Part shown: one piece after another, positions 20,853 to 32,010 of the stretch
How the letters are laid out: each line of letters begins with the position of its first letter
How positions within the stretch are numbered: position 1 is the stretch's first letter
Source: Prasinococcaceae sp. CCMP 1430
Lineage: Eukaryota > Plantae > Prasinodermophyta
Length of the DNA: 64,000 nucleotides
Assembly: GCA_013416795.1 (NCBI GenBank)
Contig: RQSC01000031.1
Coordinates: forward strand, 75,193 to 139,192
Reading direction: 5' to 3'
Position numbers and translations under genes: made by a program
The notes under the pieces: model-generated
The model's input: the letters and a program-made list of their open reading frames with translations, nothing else
Databases searched by the model: none
Told to the model about the DNA's origin: nothing

Positions 20853-21995
20853 ATGGCCGCCGCTGCCGCCGCCGCCACTGCTGACGCGGACGCCGCTGAC
20901 AGCGCCGACGACGGGCTCTTTGACGACTGGGCGTTCAACTCCAAGCAAGGACACATGCTTACTGGCGGCGGTGTGGCGGCCTCCGGGTACGCAGCGTTCG
21001 GGCCGGAGGAGCTGCCACACGCTGCCCTCCGCGCGGGCGAGTGGCTCGAGAAGGCATGGGGGCGGGCCGTCGCCCGCGGCAATCACGTGAGCGCGGCGGG
21101 CGCTTGGGCGCGTTCCATGTTCGCGGGGGGGGTACACGCCGACTTCACCACGCGCGTGTTCGACCTGCAGACGCCCGGCGGTGCCTTCGTAGACGTGCGC
21201 GTCCCGCCTACCCGCCCCGACGGCGCCCTCGCGCGCTGTGGCTCGCTGGCCAATGCCACTCTCGAGGAGCTGCGCGTGCTCTCGCGTCAGCACGCCTTCG
21301 CCGGCGTGACGCAACTCGACGGTGAGGTCGCCACACGGCTGCACGTCGCCGACTGGAACCCGCCGCCACGTCGCACACCCAATCGCTTCAACGTCGAAAT
21401 GAGGTCCGACGCAACGGCGTGGACGGAGGTCTGCGCTGCCGTCGACGCGCGCGGCTACACCGCCTACATCGAACGCTGGGAGGCGCTGCCCGGCGGGCAG
21501 GGCGCAGGCTTTCTCGCGGCGCACCGTACGCGGACCCATGGTGCAGCGCCTGGTGGCGGCCGCGAGGCGCTTCTCGTGGTAGCCGGCAGCCACTTCGCTC
21601 GTGCAGTCGCGCGGCAGCGTCCACTGCCGCACTTTGAGGACGCTGCGGCCACGCCCAGCCTCGCCGACCTCGTCGACGCGGCGTACGCCGCCGGCGACGC
21701 CGACGAGATGCGCAAACTGCTCGACATGGACGCCGCGTACGGCACTCTGAGCGACGCGCGCGGCTGGCACGTCGCGCTAGCCACCATGCCTTGGCGCGAG
21801 GGCTTGTCCCTGTGGGGCACAGGCGCGCGCGCGGAGCTGCTCGACGGCGGCAAGCGCTTCCGCATCACCGGCGGTGACGAAGCGGGGAACGGCGAGTGGA
21901 CCGTGCTCGAGGACTCGCTTGGCGAGGGCGGCCTCGCGAGGCTTCTCCGCCTGGTTGGGCCACCGGCCTCCGCTGCGGGGAAGGACGAGCTCTAG
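20853..21995 (+). CDS. Uncharacterised protein, weak resemblance to HRI1-like proteins
   Basis: 380-aa ORF with coding-like bias. The motif pattern VFDLQTPGGAFVDVRVP...HAFAG...HVADW resembles HRI1-type proteins from memory only. Confidence 0.7.
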   Translation: MAAAAAAATADADAADSADDGLFDDWAFNSKQGHMLTGGGVAASGYAAFGPEELPHAALRAGEWLEKAWGRAVARGNHVSAAGAWARSMFAGGVHADFTTRVFDLQTPGGAFVDVRVPPTRPDGALARCGSLANATLEELRVLSRQHAFAGVTQLDGEVATRLHVADWNPPPRRTPNRFNVEMRSDATAWTEVCAAVDARGYTAYIERWEALPGGQGAGFLAAHRTRTHGAAPGGGREALLVVAGSHFARAVARQRPLPHFEDAAATPSLADLVDAAYAAGDADEMRKLLDMDAAYGTLSDARGWHVALATMPWREGLSLWGTGARAELLDGGKRFRITGGDEAGNGEWTVLEDSLGEGGLARLLRLVGPPASAAGKDEL

Positions 21996-22188
21996 CTAGC
22001 GACAGCTGCACATTGTGCTCGCGCGCACTGGTCTCGCCCCAATTTAATGAAACGAAACATCTTTGCGTCTCGTGATGTCACTTTCCACACGTCGATCTAT
22101 CTACAGGAGTACTATTACAGACGCGTGCCTAGTGCGGCCATCCTGCCGCGGCCGACGGCTGCGTGCTGGCCCCGCAAAACATGCGCGT

Positions 22189-23562
22189 TCAGGCGGCCTT
22201 CTTGGCCGCCTCCTTGGACGAGCCGGCCTCGATGGCGTCGAAGTCGACCTGGTCCGATTTGTAGAAGCACACGAAGACGAGCGTCGAGACGACGTTGAGC
22301 ACAATTATCGGGGCGAAGAGGGCGAGCGCCCAGTTGTTGCCGGTGGCGTCGAGCAGGAGACCAATGCATAAGGTGGCGAGAGACGAGGCGATGGCCGCCA
22401 CGGTGTTGGTCATGCCAAGCATGATCGATGCGTACTTCGGCGAGATGTCCTGGTGCGTGCAGAAGAGGCCGGTGCGGCAGAAAGCGCCGCAGCCGAAGGT
22501 CACCACGAGTAGCGCCAAAACGATGACCTGGGTGGCGGCGGTGGGGCCCGCGGGACCAACCGACATGAGGGTCGCGGCGATGCCGGCCGAGGCGAGGGCG
22601 CCGCCGAGGAAGCACACCGACTGGGAGAACTTGCGGACCTGGGTGAGGTTCATCTTGCCCGACCTTACGAAGGCGTCACAGAGCGTGCCCACGAAGAGCA
22701 TGACGGTGATGGTCGAGGCGTAAGGCAGGATGGACAGCACGGACGACTTCGTGAGGTTGAAGCCGAGTGCCCCCTTGAGGAAGGAGGGCATGTACGCGAG
22801 CAGGCCGTAGGAGAACCAGTTCCACGAGAAATGCACCACCGAGATGACAAGCAGCTGCGGGTGCGTGAAGAGCGCCTTCCAAGGGGTCTTGCCCTTCGCC
22901 ACGAGGGGCTCCTCGACGGCGGCCGCGACGGCCTCAGCCGTCTCGCCGCCCCTCACGAAGAAGAGGAACCACCAGGCGGCCCACATGAAGCCGAGCGTTC
23001 CGAACAGGTAGAACACCGACGGCCAGCCACCGAGGCCGAGGATGATGGGCGGGGCGATCAGCAGGCCGGTGAGTGAGCCCACGTCGAGGCCGCCGAAGAC
23101 CGAGGTGGTGGCGCGCGAGCGCTCCGAGGGGGGGATGGTGCGCGACAGCACACCGGTGGCCGCGGCGGGCGCGACGCCCTCGCCGAGGCCTACGATGAAG
23201 CGCGAGCAAAGCAGGGCGACCATGCTCGTGCCGGCGCAGTACGGCGCAATGAGCGTGCCCAGCGACCACAACAGCACGCCGACGAACAGCACACGCTTGC
23301 CGCCCAGCTTGGACGCCAGGAAGCCGCCCGGCAGCTGCGTGAGGGTGTAGCCCCAGAAGAAAGCCGACTGCACGAGGCCCTTCTCCACGCCGCTCCATTG
23401 AAACTGCTCGGCCATCGGCACGATGGCCACCGACATGTTCACCTTGTCTAAGTTGCACAGCACGAACGCGCAGAAGAGGCAGAACACCATCCTCCATCGC
23501 CTCTCGGGCTCCATTGGCTCCAGCACCCCCTCCGAGTTTGAGCCCGACGCCGGCGCCGCCAT
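22189..23562 (-). CDS. MFS anion/phosphate transporter (PHT4/ANTR, SLC17-like); N-terminus probably extends upstream as a transit peptide
   Basis: CNLDKVNMSVAIVPM, SAFFWGY..TQLPGGFLA..LGGKRVL, RFIVGLGEGV, GWPSVFYLFG..G, ISPKYASIMLGMTNT; about 12 TM segments. Confidence 0.92.
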   Translation of the reverse strand: MAAPASGSNSEGVLEPMEPERRWRMVFCLFCAFVLCNLDKVNMSVAIVPMAEQFQWSGVEKGLVQSAFFWGYTLTQLPGGFLASKLGGKRVLFVGVLLWSLGTLIAPYCAGTSMVALLCSRFIVGLGEGVAPAAATGVLSRTIPPSERSRATTSVFGGLDVGSLTGLLIAPPIILGLGGWPSVFYLFGTLGFMWAAWWFLFFVRGGETAEAVAAAVEEPLVAKGKTPWKALFTHPQLLVISVVHFSWNWFSYGLLAYMPSFLKGALGFNLTKSSVLSILPYASTITVMLFVGTLCDAFVRSGKMNLTQVRKFSQSVCFLGGALASAGIAATLMSVGPAGPTAATQVIVLALLVVTFGCGAFCRTGLFCTHQDISPKYASIMLGMTNTVAAIASSLATLCIGLLLDATGNNWALALFAPIIVLNVVSTLVFVCFYKSDQVDFDAIEAGSSKEAAKKAA

Positions 23563-24302
23563 GGCAACGACGGGCGCACGGCGGTTTCCAGCGCGGGCGC
23601 CCCTCGCGCGCGCGGCAGTCGACACGGCGGCGGGCACACGCACGCGTGCGCCAGCAAACGCCAACGTGAACGCCGGCGCCGCGCGCGGTGCGCTCGCGCA
23701 GCTCCTCGTTGGAAATAAGCCCGCCCGCCCGCCTGCCGCGTGGACCGCGCGGGGTGTGGCGCGCACGCGCTTTTGCGTGCGCTTTTCGAGCTGTTGCGCT
23801 GCGCGCAGGAGCGCGCGCGCGTAGAGAGAGGGGTGGTGGGGTGAAAGGAGGAGAGAAAGGGAGCGGCGCGCGGACGGATGAGCCCGCGGCAGCCACCTGC
23901 GGGAGCGAGTGGAGGGATGTGGCGGCTCGAAACGCCCGCGTCCCCTCCCTCCCTCCGCCGCGAGCGCCGCGCGCCGCCGCCGCGCGCCCCGGCAGCGCAA
24001 CAAGGCCGAACGCACGCGATCCTAAACGCGCGGCAGCGCACCCCGCGTGACACGCACACGCACGCGCACACGCACATCTCAGAGCCTCGCCCCAGCCCTC
24101 CACCCCCCTACACACACACACGCCTCCCTCCCTCCCTCTCCCGCCTCCCCTGCACCCCACGGTCCTGCCGCGATTGCCCCCCCGGGCGCGCCCTCGCCGC
24201 CCCCACCCCACCCACCCCGCCCGGCCCCGCTGCAGGCGCCCAGCCCGGCCGCGCGCGCCACGCGGGCGCCCGTAACCCCCGCAGCGAAACAACGCACGTC
24301 AT

Positions 24303-24331
24303 CAGGGTTGGGTTTTAGGGTTTAGGGTTTT
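24303..24331 (+). repeat. Telomere-like/telo-box motif (TTTAGGG x2 plus degenerate copies)
   Basis: cagggttgggttttagggtttagggttttg between the divergent PHT4 and RP2 genes. Confidence 0.8.
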
Positions 24332-24900
24332 GATCCAATGCTTTTTTATGGTCACTAGCACAGAGGCGGACAAAAAATCGTTCGCCCAGCCAGGCGGATT
24401 TACGCCCGCCTAAAAATCGTTCCAGCGCGCGCCGCTTGGCCAGGGCGCCCAGTTTTACCCAGGCTACTCATAGAGACTTTCCGCACCCCCGCCGCTGCAG
24501 CGAGGCGCCGTCGGCGGGGGGGGGGGGGCGAAATTCAGCCATGTTCGGGTTTCGGGACTTTTTCAATGGCATTTGATATTGTCAGATGTGCTGTACTCTG
24601 TACTGTGAGTTTGTCGTTGCGCATGGTATCGGTATCGTCGTCGCGCGTTTGAACCGAGCCGCGGCGCGCGCGGGCGTTTTCGGGGTGCGTTTTGATGGAG
24701 GGCGGTTCCCCCGGGCGCGCGAGAGAGAGAGCGAGAGCGGGCGGGCGGGCGGCGGGGGCGGGCGCCAGCGCGCGCCGCCCGCGAGGACACGCCGCGCGCT
24801 GAGCGCGCAAGGGGGCGGGCTGGTCGAGGGGGCCGCGGCGCGAGGAGAAGGGGGGTCTCGTCCCGCGGCCAGCGGGCGCCGCGGGCGTCGCTGCGCAGCC

Positions 24901-26232
24901 ATGGGGTGCTGCTTCAGCTCGGCGGGCGGCGGCCGCAACCTCGACGCGTACCGCATCCACGGCGATGGCCCGGGCGCGGAGTCGTCGGGGCGCGCGCCGG
25001 CAGCGTCGGGCACAAGCGAGCGCACGCGGCTCACGATGCCTGCCTCATTCGGCTCGGCGGACGTCGCCGTGGACTCAGGCGCCGCGCCGCGGAGGAAGAT
25101 GCCCGCGTCGTTCGGCTCGGCGGACGTCGCCGCAGGCGCAGGCGCCGCGCCGCGCAAGATGCCCGCGTCGTTCGGCTCGGCGGACGTCGCGGCCGCGCCG
25201 GGGGCTGGCGGCAGCACGAACGCATTTGGCAGTCAGAACGTCGGCAGCGCCAACATCCAGCAGGGCAACTTCTCGTGGGACAGGAAGGCCCGCCCGGACC
25301 CGAAGGATTTCATGGCCAAGGGACTGCGCGGAGGCGTGTTCTTGCGCGAGCCGGGGTCCATCGGCGGGCAGAGCTTCGTCGTGGACGACTGCCAAGACTG
25401 CACCATCCTGCTGCTTGACCAAATCGCGCAGATCACCGTCGACGAGTGTGTGAACTGCCGCATTGTCTGCGGGCCCGTCGAGAGCTCGATGTTCATCCGC
25501 GACTCAAAGAATTGCGTCGGGGCGGTGGCGTGCAGGCAGTTCCGAACCAGAGACCTCAAGAACTGTGACTTCGCGCTCCACTGTCACTCGCGGCCCGTCA
25601 TCGAGGAGTCCACTGGCCTGCGCCTTGGCTGTTGGGACCTTGACTACAATGGCCTGAGCGCGCACCTCAGCGCGGCGCTGATGACGCCCTTCGCCAACCA
25701 CTGGAGTTACGTCCACGACTTCACGCCACGCCCTGGCAACTGGACCTTTCTCCCAGAGGGCATGAGCACGCTCGAGATGCTCACCACCTCCGACAGGTTG
25801 GCGCTAGAGGAGGGCAAGGAGGCCCTGCCGGAGCTGGCGTGCCTGTCGGGCGATGTTGAGAGGACGTGTGTGAAGACGCGTGGTGAGAGGGACCTTCCCG
25901 CGGGCGAGGTGGGCTTCGTGTTGCTGCCGCCGGGCATGGAGAGCGCCGCGCGCCAGGTGCTGACGACGATGCTCGCCAAGGGTCACCAGCTTCAGCGCAC
26001 AAACGCCGCCAAGCTGCCGGCCGGCGATGTGCAGGATGTCGTACTCATGCAGCTCAACGTCAAGGCCAACGCGAAGGTCAAGGGCGCGTTGAGCAAGGGC
26101 AAGAGCGTGGGGCTCGAGTTTATCGGCGTGGGCGCGGAAGGCGACGCCGTGGCGGCTGCTGCGGCCGTGGGCGGCTTTGGTGGGGGCAACGGCGGCGCGG
26201 CCGAGTTCCGGTATCTTGGCATCGAGGGCTAG
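24901..26232 (+). CDS. RP2: RP2/XRP2-like TBCC-domain protein (ARL3 GAP family)
   Basis: MGCCFSS acylation motif; TBCC domain GSIGGQSFVVDDCQDC..LLDQIAQITVDEC..C...GPVESSMFIRD...ACRQFRTRD...PVIEES; FANHWSYVHDFTP. Confidence 0.88.
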   Translation: MGCCFSSAGGGRNLDAYRIHGDGPGAESSGRAPAASGTSERTRLTMPASFGSADVAVDSGAAPRRKMPASFGSADVAAGAGAAPRKMPASFGSADVAAAPGAGGSTNAFGSQNVGSANIQQGNFSWDRKARPDPKDFMAKGLRGGVFLREPGSIGGQSFVVDDCQDCTILLLDQIAQITVDECVNCRIVCGPVESSMFIRDSKNCVGAVACRQFRTRDLKNCDFALHCHSRPVIEESTGLRLGCWDLDYNGLSAHLSAALMTPFANHWSYVHDFTPRPGNWTFLPEGMSTLEMLTTSDRLALEEGKEALPELACLSGDVERTCVKTRGERDLPAGEVGFVLLPPGMESAARQVLTTMLAKGHQLQRTNAAKLPAGDVQDVVLMQLNVKANAKVKGALSKGKSVGLEFIGVGAEGDAVAAAAAVGGFGGGNGGAAEFRYLGIEG

Positions 26233-26400
26233 CTCGGGGACAGGGGGTAGCGCGCGCCCTCGCATCGAGCACGGAGCATTGAAGCGCACCAGTAATGACG
26301 CGAGTGGGCCAATCTACTCACCAATCCATCACCACGGCGGTGGGTTCTACAAAGAATGTCTCATTACATGCCCGATCGGACCGCGCTCGCTTCCGTCTAG

Positions 26401-28742
26401 CTAGTCGAAGGTAATCTTGGTGGCCTTCTTCATGGGGCGGTCGTCGGAGCGGTAGTGAGCACCGTACATCGAGTGCTCCTTCTTCTTGGTGGGCTTGATG
26501 GCCGTGCCAAACTTGGTCAGCTCCGGGGGCACCTTCTGGCCCGCGTTGCGCAGCACTACCTGCAGCTCCCCCGCCAGCGGCTTCTCCTCGCGCGTGAAGA
26601 GAGTGTGCGCGATGCCCTTCTCGCCGGCGCGCCCCGTGCGCCCGATGCGGTGCACGTAGTCCTCGACGGTGAGCGGAAAGGTGTGGTTGATGACGACCTT
26701 GACGCCCTTGATGTCGAGTCCACGTGCAGCGACGTCGGTGGCCAGTAGCAGCTTGGAGGTGCCATCGCGGAAGGCCTTGATGGCGGCCTCGCGTGCCTCC
26801 TGCGACTTATCCCCGTGCACGCTCACCACGTTCCAGCCCTTCCGATGCAGCTGCTGCTCCACGCGCGCGGTCTCTTTCTTGTACAAGCAGAACACGATGC
26901 AGCGCTCCTTTTGACCGTGGTGGTACTTGTGCAGCAGCGTCTGCAGCTTGTCGGCCTTTTGGTGCGGCTCGCACACCTCGACGATCTGCTCGACGTCGCG
27001 ATTGGCCTTGAGGCCGCCCGCCACGCCCGTGTTGCCGTCCTGCGGCTCCCCGCCGCCCGCTGCGCCACCGCCCTGCGTGGCGGCGGCGCGGATCATGATG
27101 GGGTTGGGGCGCGCGAACTCCGCCGCGAGCGTGCGCACGCTCTCGGGCCACGTCGCGCTGAACATGAGCGTCTGACGCGGCGAGGCACACGCGTTGAGGA
27201 TGGCGCGCACGTGCGGCTCGAAGCCCAGGTCGAGGAGACGGTCGGCCTCGTCGAGGACCACGTAGTCCGCCTGCGACAGGTCGAGGCTCTGCTCCTCCAC
27301 GAGGTCCTGCAGACGACCCGGTGTAGCAACCACGGCGTCGACGCCCTGGCGGATGACAAAGCGCTGCTCGCGCTTGGGCACGCCGCCGTAGCAGCACACG
27401 CTCGACATACCCGCGCTCCCACCGAAGGACTCGAAGACCACCGCCGTCTGCTGCGCGAGCTCGCGCGTTGGGGCCATCACCAGTACGCTTGGCGAGCCCT
27501 TGGTCTGCGCCTTGCGCTTTTGCGCGTGGATCACCGCAGGCAGGCCGAAAGCAAGCGTCTGTGCCGAGCCCGCCAACGCCCGGAGGCGTCACGCGCGAGG
27601 GAATGATGAGCGCCGGCCGTCAGCGGCGCGTCCCTCGCGCGGCCGATGCGAGCGCGCATGCGCGCTCCGACACGTCCTCGCAGCGCGGCGGGCGCGTCCC
27701 ATCGGGGTAGAACAGCATATCATCGGCTGCGTAATGGGCTGGCCCGCGAGGGGCCAGCTGCCTCCCGCTGGGCGCTTACTAGGGCTGCAGCTGCCCCAGC
27801 GGTGCACAAAAAGTTTCTCGTCACGCGGGGCGCGCACGCGCACGCGGCGAGGACCAAGTCGGAGGCGCGCACGCGCGCGTCGCACTGGCTCGGGCGCTCG
27901 CGCGCGCATAGCATTTCGCACCTTGCCGCTGCCCGTCGCTGCAATGCCCACCACGTCCCGCCCGGCCATGCACGGCCCCCATGTGCGCGACTGGATGAGC
28001 GTGGGTTTCTTGAAGCCCGAGCACGCCTTGAGCACCGCGGGCGGGAAGCCCGCCGCCTCAAACGACTCCACCGGCGGAAACTCTGCTAGACCGTCGTCCT
28101 CCTTTGCCGTGCCGTTGTCTGCGGGAGCGGTTGTCGTGGCCGCAGGAGCGGGTGCCGCAGCCGCATCCTCCAGCTTCTTCTCCTTCTTCTCCTTCTTGTC
28201 TTTCTTGTCTTTCTTCTCCTTCTTGGCCTTCTTCTCTTTCTTCTCTTTCTTCTCCTTCTTCTCCTTCTTCTCCTTCTTGGCCTTCTTGGCCACCGGCTCG
28301 GCGTCAACGCCCGCCTCCGCCGGGCGCTTGCTGCCCGACATGTCGTTGAGTGCCTCCTGCGTGGCGCGGCGCGCGTGCCCGTTGGCATGGCGAAATGCGC
28401 CGCGGGAGTCAGAGGGGAGCACGCTCGCGGGCGAGGGGGCAATTTGGGGCGGAGCACGGGGCGGCACGAACGCGCAGGCAGCTGTCTTTCCGCTGGCGCG
28501 CCGGTCGCCTGCCGCGGGCGTCCGGTCGTCACCGCACACACCTCGTCAACCGCCCCCTGTGCTGCCAGCGCGGCAACGATGGCACTCGCGGCGCTGCCGC
28601 CCACGGCCGCCGCAAGCCCCGCGGCGCGGCCGCTCACCTTGTCCTTCTTGGCCTTCTTCGCCGCCTTCTTCGCCGCCTTGGCGTCTGCGTCGGCAGCGCC
28701 GCCCGCAAGCTTCCCCAGCGCGGCGTCCGCGAGCCTTCCCAT
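26401..28742 (-). CDS. DBP3: DEAD-box RNA helicase, DBP3/RH5-like (60S biogenesis), 3 exons
   Basis: Exons 28742-28638, 28356-27922 and 27558-26401, with frames checked. KKE-rich N-terminus, [45 protein letters not shown] and C-terminal TKITFD. Confidence 0.92.
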
Positions 28743-29086
28743 CGGCCCCCTTTCCCCCTTCCCTCCCCCTCCGCGCCCGCGTCCGCCTTCCGCCCGCCCG
28801 CCCGCGCCACCGGCCCCGAGTCCGGCGCCGGCCGCCGCGCGTCGCGCACAACGGTGTGCGCGGTGTGGCACCTCGCCCCCCCCTCGAGCGCCATGNGCCT
28901 GGTTGCAGCGCGCGCGCTGTACATTTGCGCCGAGGCGTGGCCTTGCTCTCCGCGCCGCGGGGCGAGGCAGGGCGAGCTGAGGCGGGCGCGGGCGAGGGGG
29001 CGCGCGCAGGTGCTCGTGTGCGGGTGCGCGTGGGTGGTCGCGGCGAGCGAGTCGTGAAGGGGGAACTGGGCGCGAGAGAAGGCGCG

Positions 29087-30943
29087 ATGGCGGCGGGCAC
29101 GCCAGCCGACAAGGCGGCACGCAAGAAGAAGCGTGCGGCGGCGGCCGCCGCTGCCGCGGACGGCGCGGCGGCGGGCGGTGCCGAGATTGACGCGAAGGCG
29201 GAGCGGCGGGCGGCCAAGCTCGCGGCGAAGCGCGCGGCCGCTGCGGCGGGGGGCGGCGACGGTGCGGCTGGCGCTAAGAAGAAGCGCAGGAAGGCCGCCG
29301 AGGCCGCGGCTGAGGATGTCGAGGAGGACGGCGCGGCGGGTGCCGACGCAGAGGCCGCAGAGGATGGAGCGGCGGAGCGGCGCGAGTCGCCCGCTGCCGC
29401 GGGACCGAGCGCCGCGGACGTGCTCGGCGGCGTGACCGACACCGCCGACGGCATCATGTCGGCGAAGACCTTTGAGGCTCTGGGAGTGCTCTCGTCGCCG
29501 ACTATGCGCGCCATCGCCGACATGGGCTTCAAGAGCATGACGGAGATTCAGGCGCGGTCCATCCCGCCGCTGCTCGAGGGCAAGGACCTGCTGGGAGCCG
29601 CGCGCACGGGCTCGGGCAAGACGCTGTCCTTCCTCGTGCCCGCGGCCGAGGCGCTGCACGCTGCGCGCTTCATGCCGCGCAACGGCACGGGCGTGCTCGT
29701 CATCTCGCCCACGCGCGAGCTCGCGCTTCAGATTTACGGCGTGGTGCGCGACCTCATGAAGTACCATTCGCAGACGCACGGCATCGTCATGGGCGGCGCC
29801 AACCGCCGCGCCGAGGCGGAGCGCCTCGCGCGTGGCGTGTGCCTGCTCGTCGGCACGCCTGGGCGCCTGCTGGACCACCTGCAGAACACGCGCGGCTTCC
29901 AGTACAACAACATGCTGCAGCTGGTCATCGACGAGGCCGACCGCATCCTGGAGGTGGGCTTCGAGGAGGAGCTGCGCGCCATCGTGAAGTGCCTGCCCAA
30001 GGAGCGCCAGACGGTGCTCTTCAGCGCCACGCAGACGACCAAGGTGCAGGATCTCGCCCGCCTATCCTTCCACAAGGCGCCCACCTACGTGGGCGTCGAC
30101 GACTCGCGCGCGGTGTCGACCGTGGCTGGCCTCGAGCAGGGTTACTGCGTGGTGCCCGCCGAGCGCCGCTTCCTGCTACTGTACACTTTCCTGAAGAAGA
30201 ACCTCAAGAAGAAGGTGATGGTCTTCTTCAGCTCGTGCGCGAGCGTCAAGTTCCACGGCGAGTTTCTGAACTACGTCGACATCCCCGTGCTCGACATCCA
30301 CGGGCGCCAGAAGCAGGCCAAGCGCACCACCACATTCTTCGAGTTCTGCAAGGCTGACAGCGGCGTGCTGCTGTGCACGGACGTTGCAGCGCGCGGCCTC
30401 GACATCCCTAAGGTGGACTGGATCCTGCAGTTTGACCCGCCCGACGACCCGCGCGAGTACATCCACCGCGTGGGGCGCACTGCTCGCGGCGCGGGCGCCA
30501 AGGGGCGCGCGCTGCTACTCCTCACCCCCGAGGAGCTGCCCTTCCTGCGCTACCTCAAGAGCGCCAAGGTGCCGCTCAACGAATACGAGGTGCCCACCAA
30601 CAAGATCGCCAACGTGCAGCCCGAGTTCGAACGCCTCATCGAGAAGAACTACTACCTGCACCAGAGCGCGCGCGAGGCGTACCGCGGATACATCCTCGCC
30701 TACAACTCGCACCAGATGAAGGACGCCTTCAATGTGCACCGCCTGGACCTCCAGGCCGTCTGCAAGTCCTTTGGCTTCACCGTGCCGCCCAAGGTGCCGC
30801 TCACGATTGAGTCGAACGCCTCGAAGCACCGCAAGGGCGGCAAGGACAAGGGCAAGGGCAAGGGATCGACGGGGCACGCTTTCTCCGCGGACAACCCCTA
30901 CGGCAAACGTGCGGCGGGCGACAAGCGCCAATTCCAGCACTGA
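29087..30943 (+). CDS. HAS1: DEAD-box RNA helicase HAS1/DDX18
   Basis: [77 protein letters not shown]. Confidence 0.95.
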   Translation: MAAGTPADKAARKKKRAAAAAAAADGAAAGGAEIDAKAERRAAKLAAKRAAAAAGGGDGAAGAKKKRRKAAEAAAEDVEEDGAAGADAEAAEDGAAERRESPAAAGPSAADVLGGVTDTADGIMSAKTFEALGVLSSPTMRAIADMGFKSMTEIQARSIPPLLEGKDLLGAARTGSGKTLSFLVPAAEALHAARFMPRNGTGVLVISPTRELALQIYGVVRDLMKYHSQTHGIVMGGANRRAEAERLARGVCLLVGTPGRLLDHLQNTRGFQYNNMLQLVIDEADRILEVGFEEELRAIVKCLPKERQTVLFSATQTTKVQDLARLSFHKAPTYVGVDDSRAVSTVAGLEQGYCVVPAERRFLLLYTFLKKNLKKKVMVFFSSCASVKFHGEFLNYVDIPVLDIHGRQKQAKRTTTFFEFCKADSGVLLCTDVAARGLDIPKVDWILQFDPPDDPREYIHRVGRTARGAGAKGRALLLLTPEELPFLRYLKSAKVPLNEYEVPTNKIANVQPEFERLIEKNYYLHQSAREAYRGYILAYNSHQMKDAFNVHRLDLQAVCKSFGFTVPPKVPLTIESNASKHRKGGKDKGKGKGSTGHAFSADNPYGKRAAGDKRQFQH

Positions 30944-31128
30944 GCGCGCGGGTGGCACCAACTAATAGCTCGCTCGGGCGCTGGTGGCGGGGAGCGTCGC
31001 GCACGACTAAAAACGTACACGCACGCACTGGCGTCCGTTTCGCTACTGCTGCAGTCCTGTCGCCGCGCCGCCGCGCCTCGCGCCTGCGCGTGCGGGGCGC
31101 GCGCTGCCACGCCTTTCGCAGCGTCGAG

Positions 31129-31200
31129 GTTAAGGTTGGTGTTTGGGTTTGTTATTTAGGGTTAGTTTTGACCTCAGGGTCAGGTGCTGACGCCCTAACA
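31129..31200 (+). repeat. Degenerate telomere-like T/G-rich tract
   Basis: ttaaggttggtgtttgggtttgttatttagggttag...cagggtcagg...ccctaac. Confidence 0.6.
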
Positions 31201-31383
31201 ACGGCGTTCCCCGAACCAACCGCCGGGGGGCACCCCAGAGCGCGCGCGCCGGGGCTGGCGAGGGGGCGGGGGCGAGCGTGCGTAGTGTTGTGGCTGTGGT
31301 GGTGGTGGTGGTGGTGGTGCACGCGGGGCGCGCTCGCCGGCCTGGCGGGCGCGAACGCGCGCGCGGCCGCCGAGCACTCGCCC

Positions 31384-31794
31384 ATGCTCTGGACGGAGCT
31401 CGCCACGGGCGCGGCGGCGGCACGTGCCAATGGCAACTCCGCCGCGTATTTCACGGAGGTGGCGTGGCATGGGCGCTGTATGAGGGAACTGCACCGCGCG
31501 CGCCCCATGCGCGAGCGCTGCATGCGGCGCCGCGAGGAGCTGGCCGCCGCAGGATACAAACGCAGCGCCGACGCGTTCGGCGCGCTGGGGGTCATCTCGA
31601 CGGGGCACTGGGAGTTCAACGCGACCCAGGCGGATCGTTTCGCGGCGCTCTATTCGCGCGAGGCCAGCAGGGGGCGAGCTGCAGCAGAGCGTGCCGCGGT
31701 CGCCGCGCGCACGCAGCGCGCGCGCAAGCACAGCATCCTCTTCCAGAGGGAGCTCGCCCGGCAGGCGTACATCCACGAGATCTGCAGTTGGTGA
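31384..31794 (+). CDS. Hypothetical short protein (start uncertain)
   Basis: ORF MLWTELATG...IHEICSW has plausible composition; no family recognised. The upstream in-frame part includes a (TGG)n tract. Confidence 0.4.
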   Translation: MLWTELATGAAAARANGNSAAYFTEVAWHGRCMRELHRARPMRERCMRRREELAAAGYKRSADAFGALGVISTGHWEFNATQADRFAALYSREASRGRAAAERAAVAARTQRARKHSILFQRELARQAYIHEICSW

Positions 31795-32010
31795 GGGGCG
31801 CAGGCCGGGGCAGGTGCCGAGCCCCACGCAGACCCGGCGGGCGATAGAATGCGAAGAAGCGAGCAGGCGCGCAAGGGGACGCATACCAGTCACGCCCCTC
31901 TGTATGTTATATCGGCCGCATAGGCGCCGACGCTACAGCGGCACCGCGCGCTGCGCGCCCCCGCCGGCGCAGCATGCACCCACGCGCCTCTGGACGCCGC
32001 ATCTTGATGC

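Noticed and set aside
25037-25200. Regularly spaced direct repeats that superficially resemble a CRISPR array
   Set aside because: They are in-frame coding repeats with synonymous variation in a eukaryotic gene, with no unique spacers or cas genes.
28160-28290. (CTT/CTC)-rich tandem tract
   Set aside because: It encodes the ordinary KKE-rich nucleolar N-terminus of DBP3.
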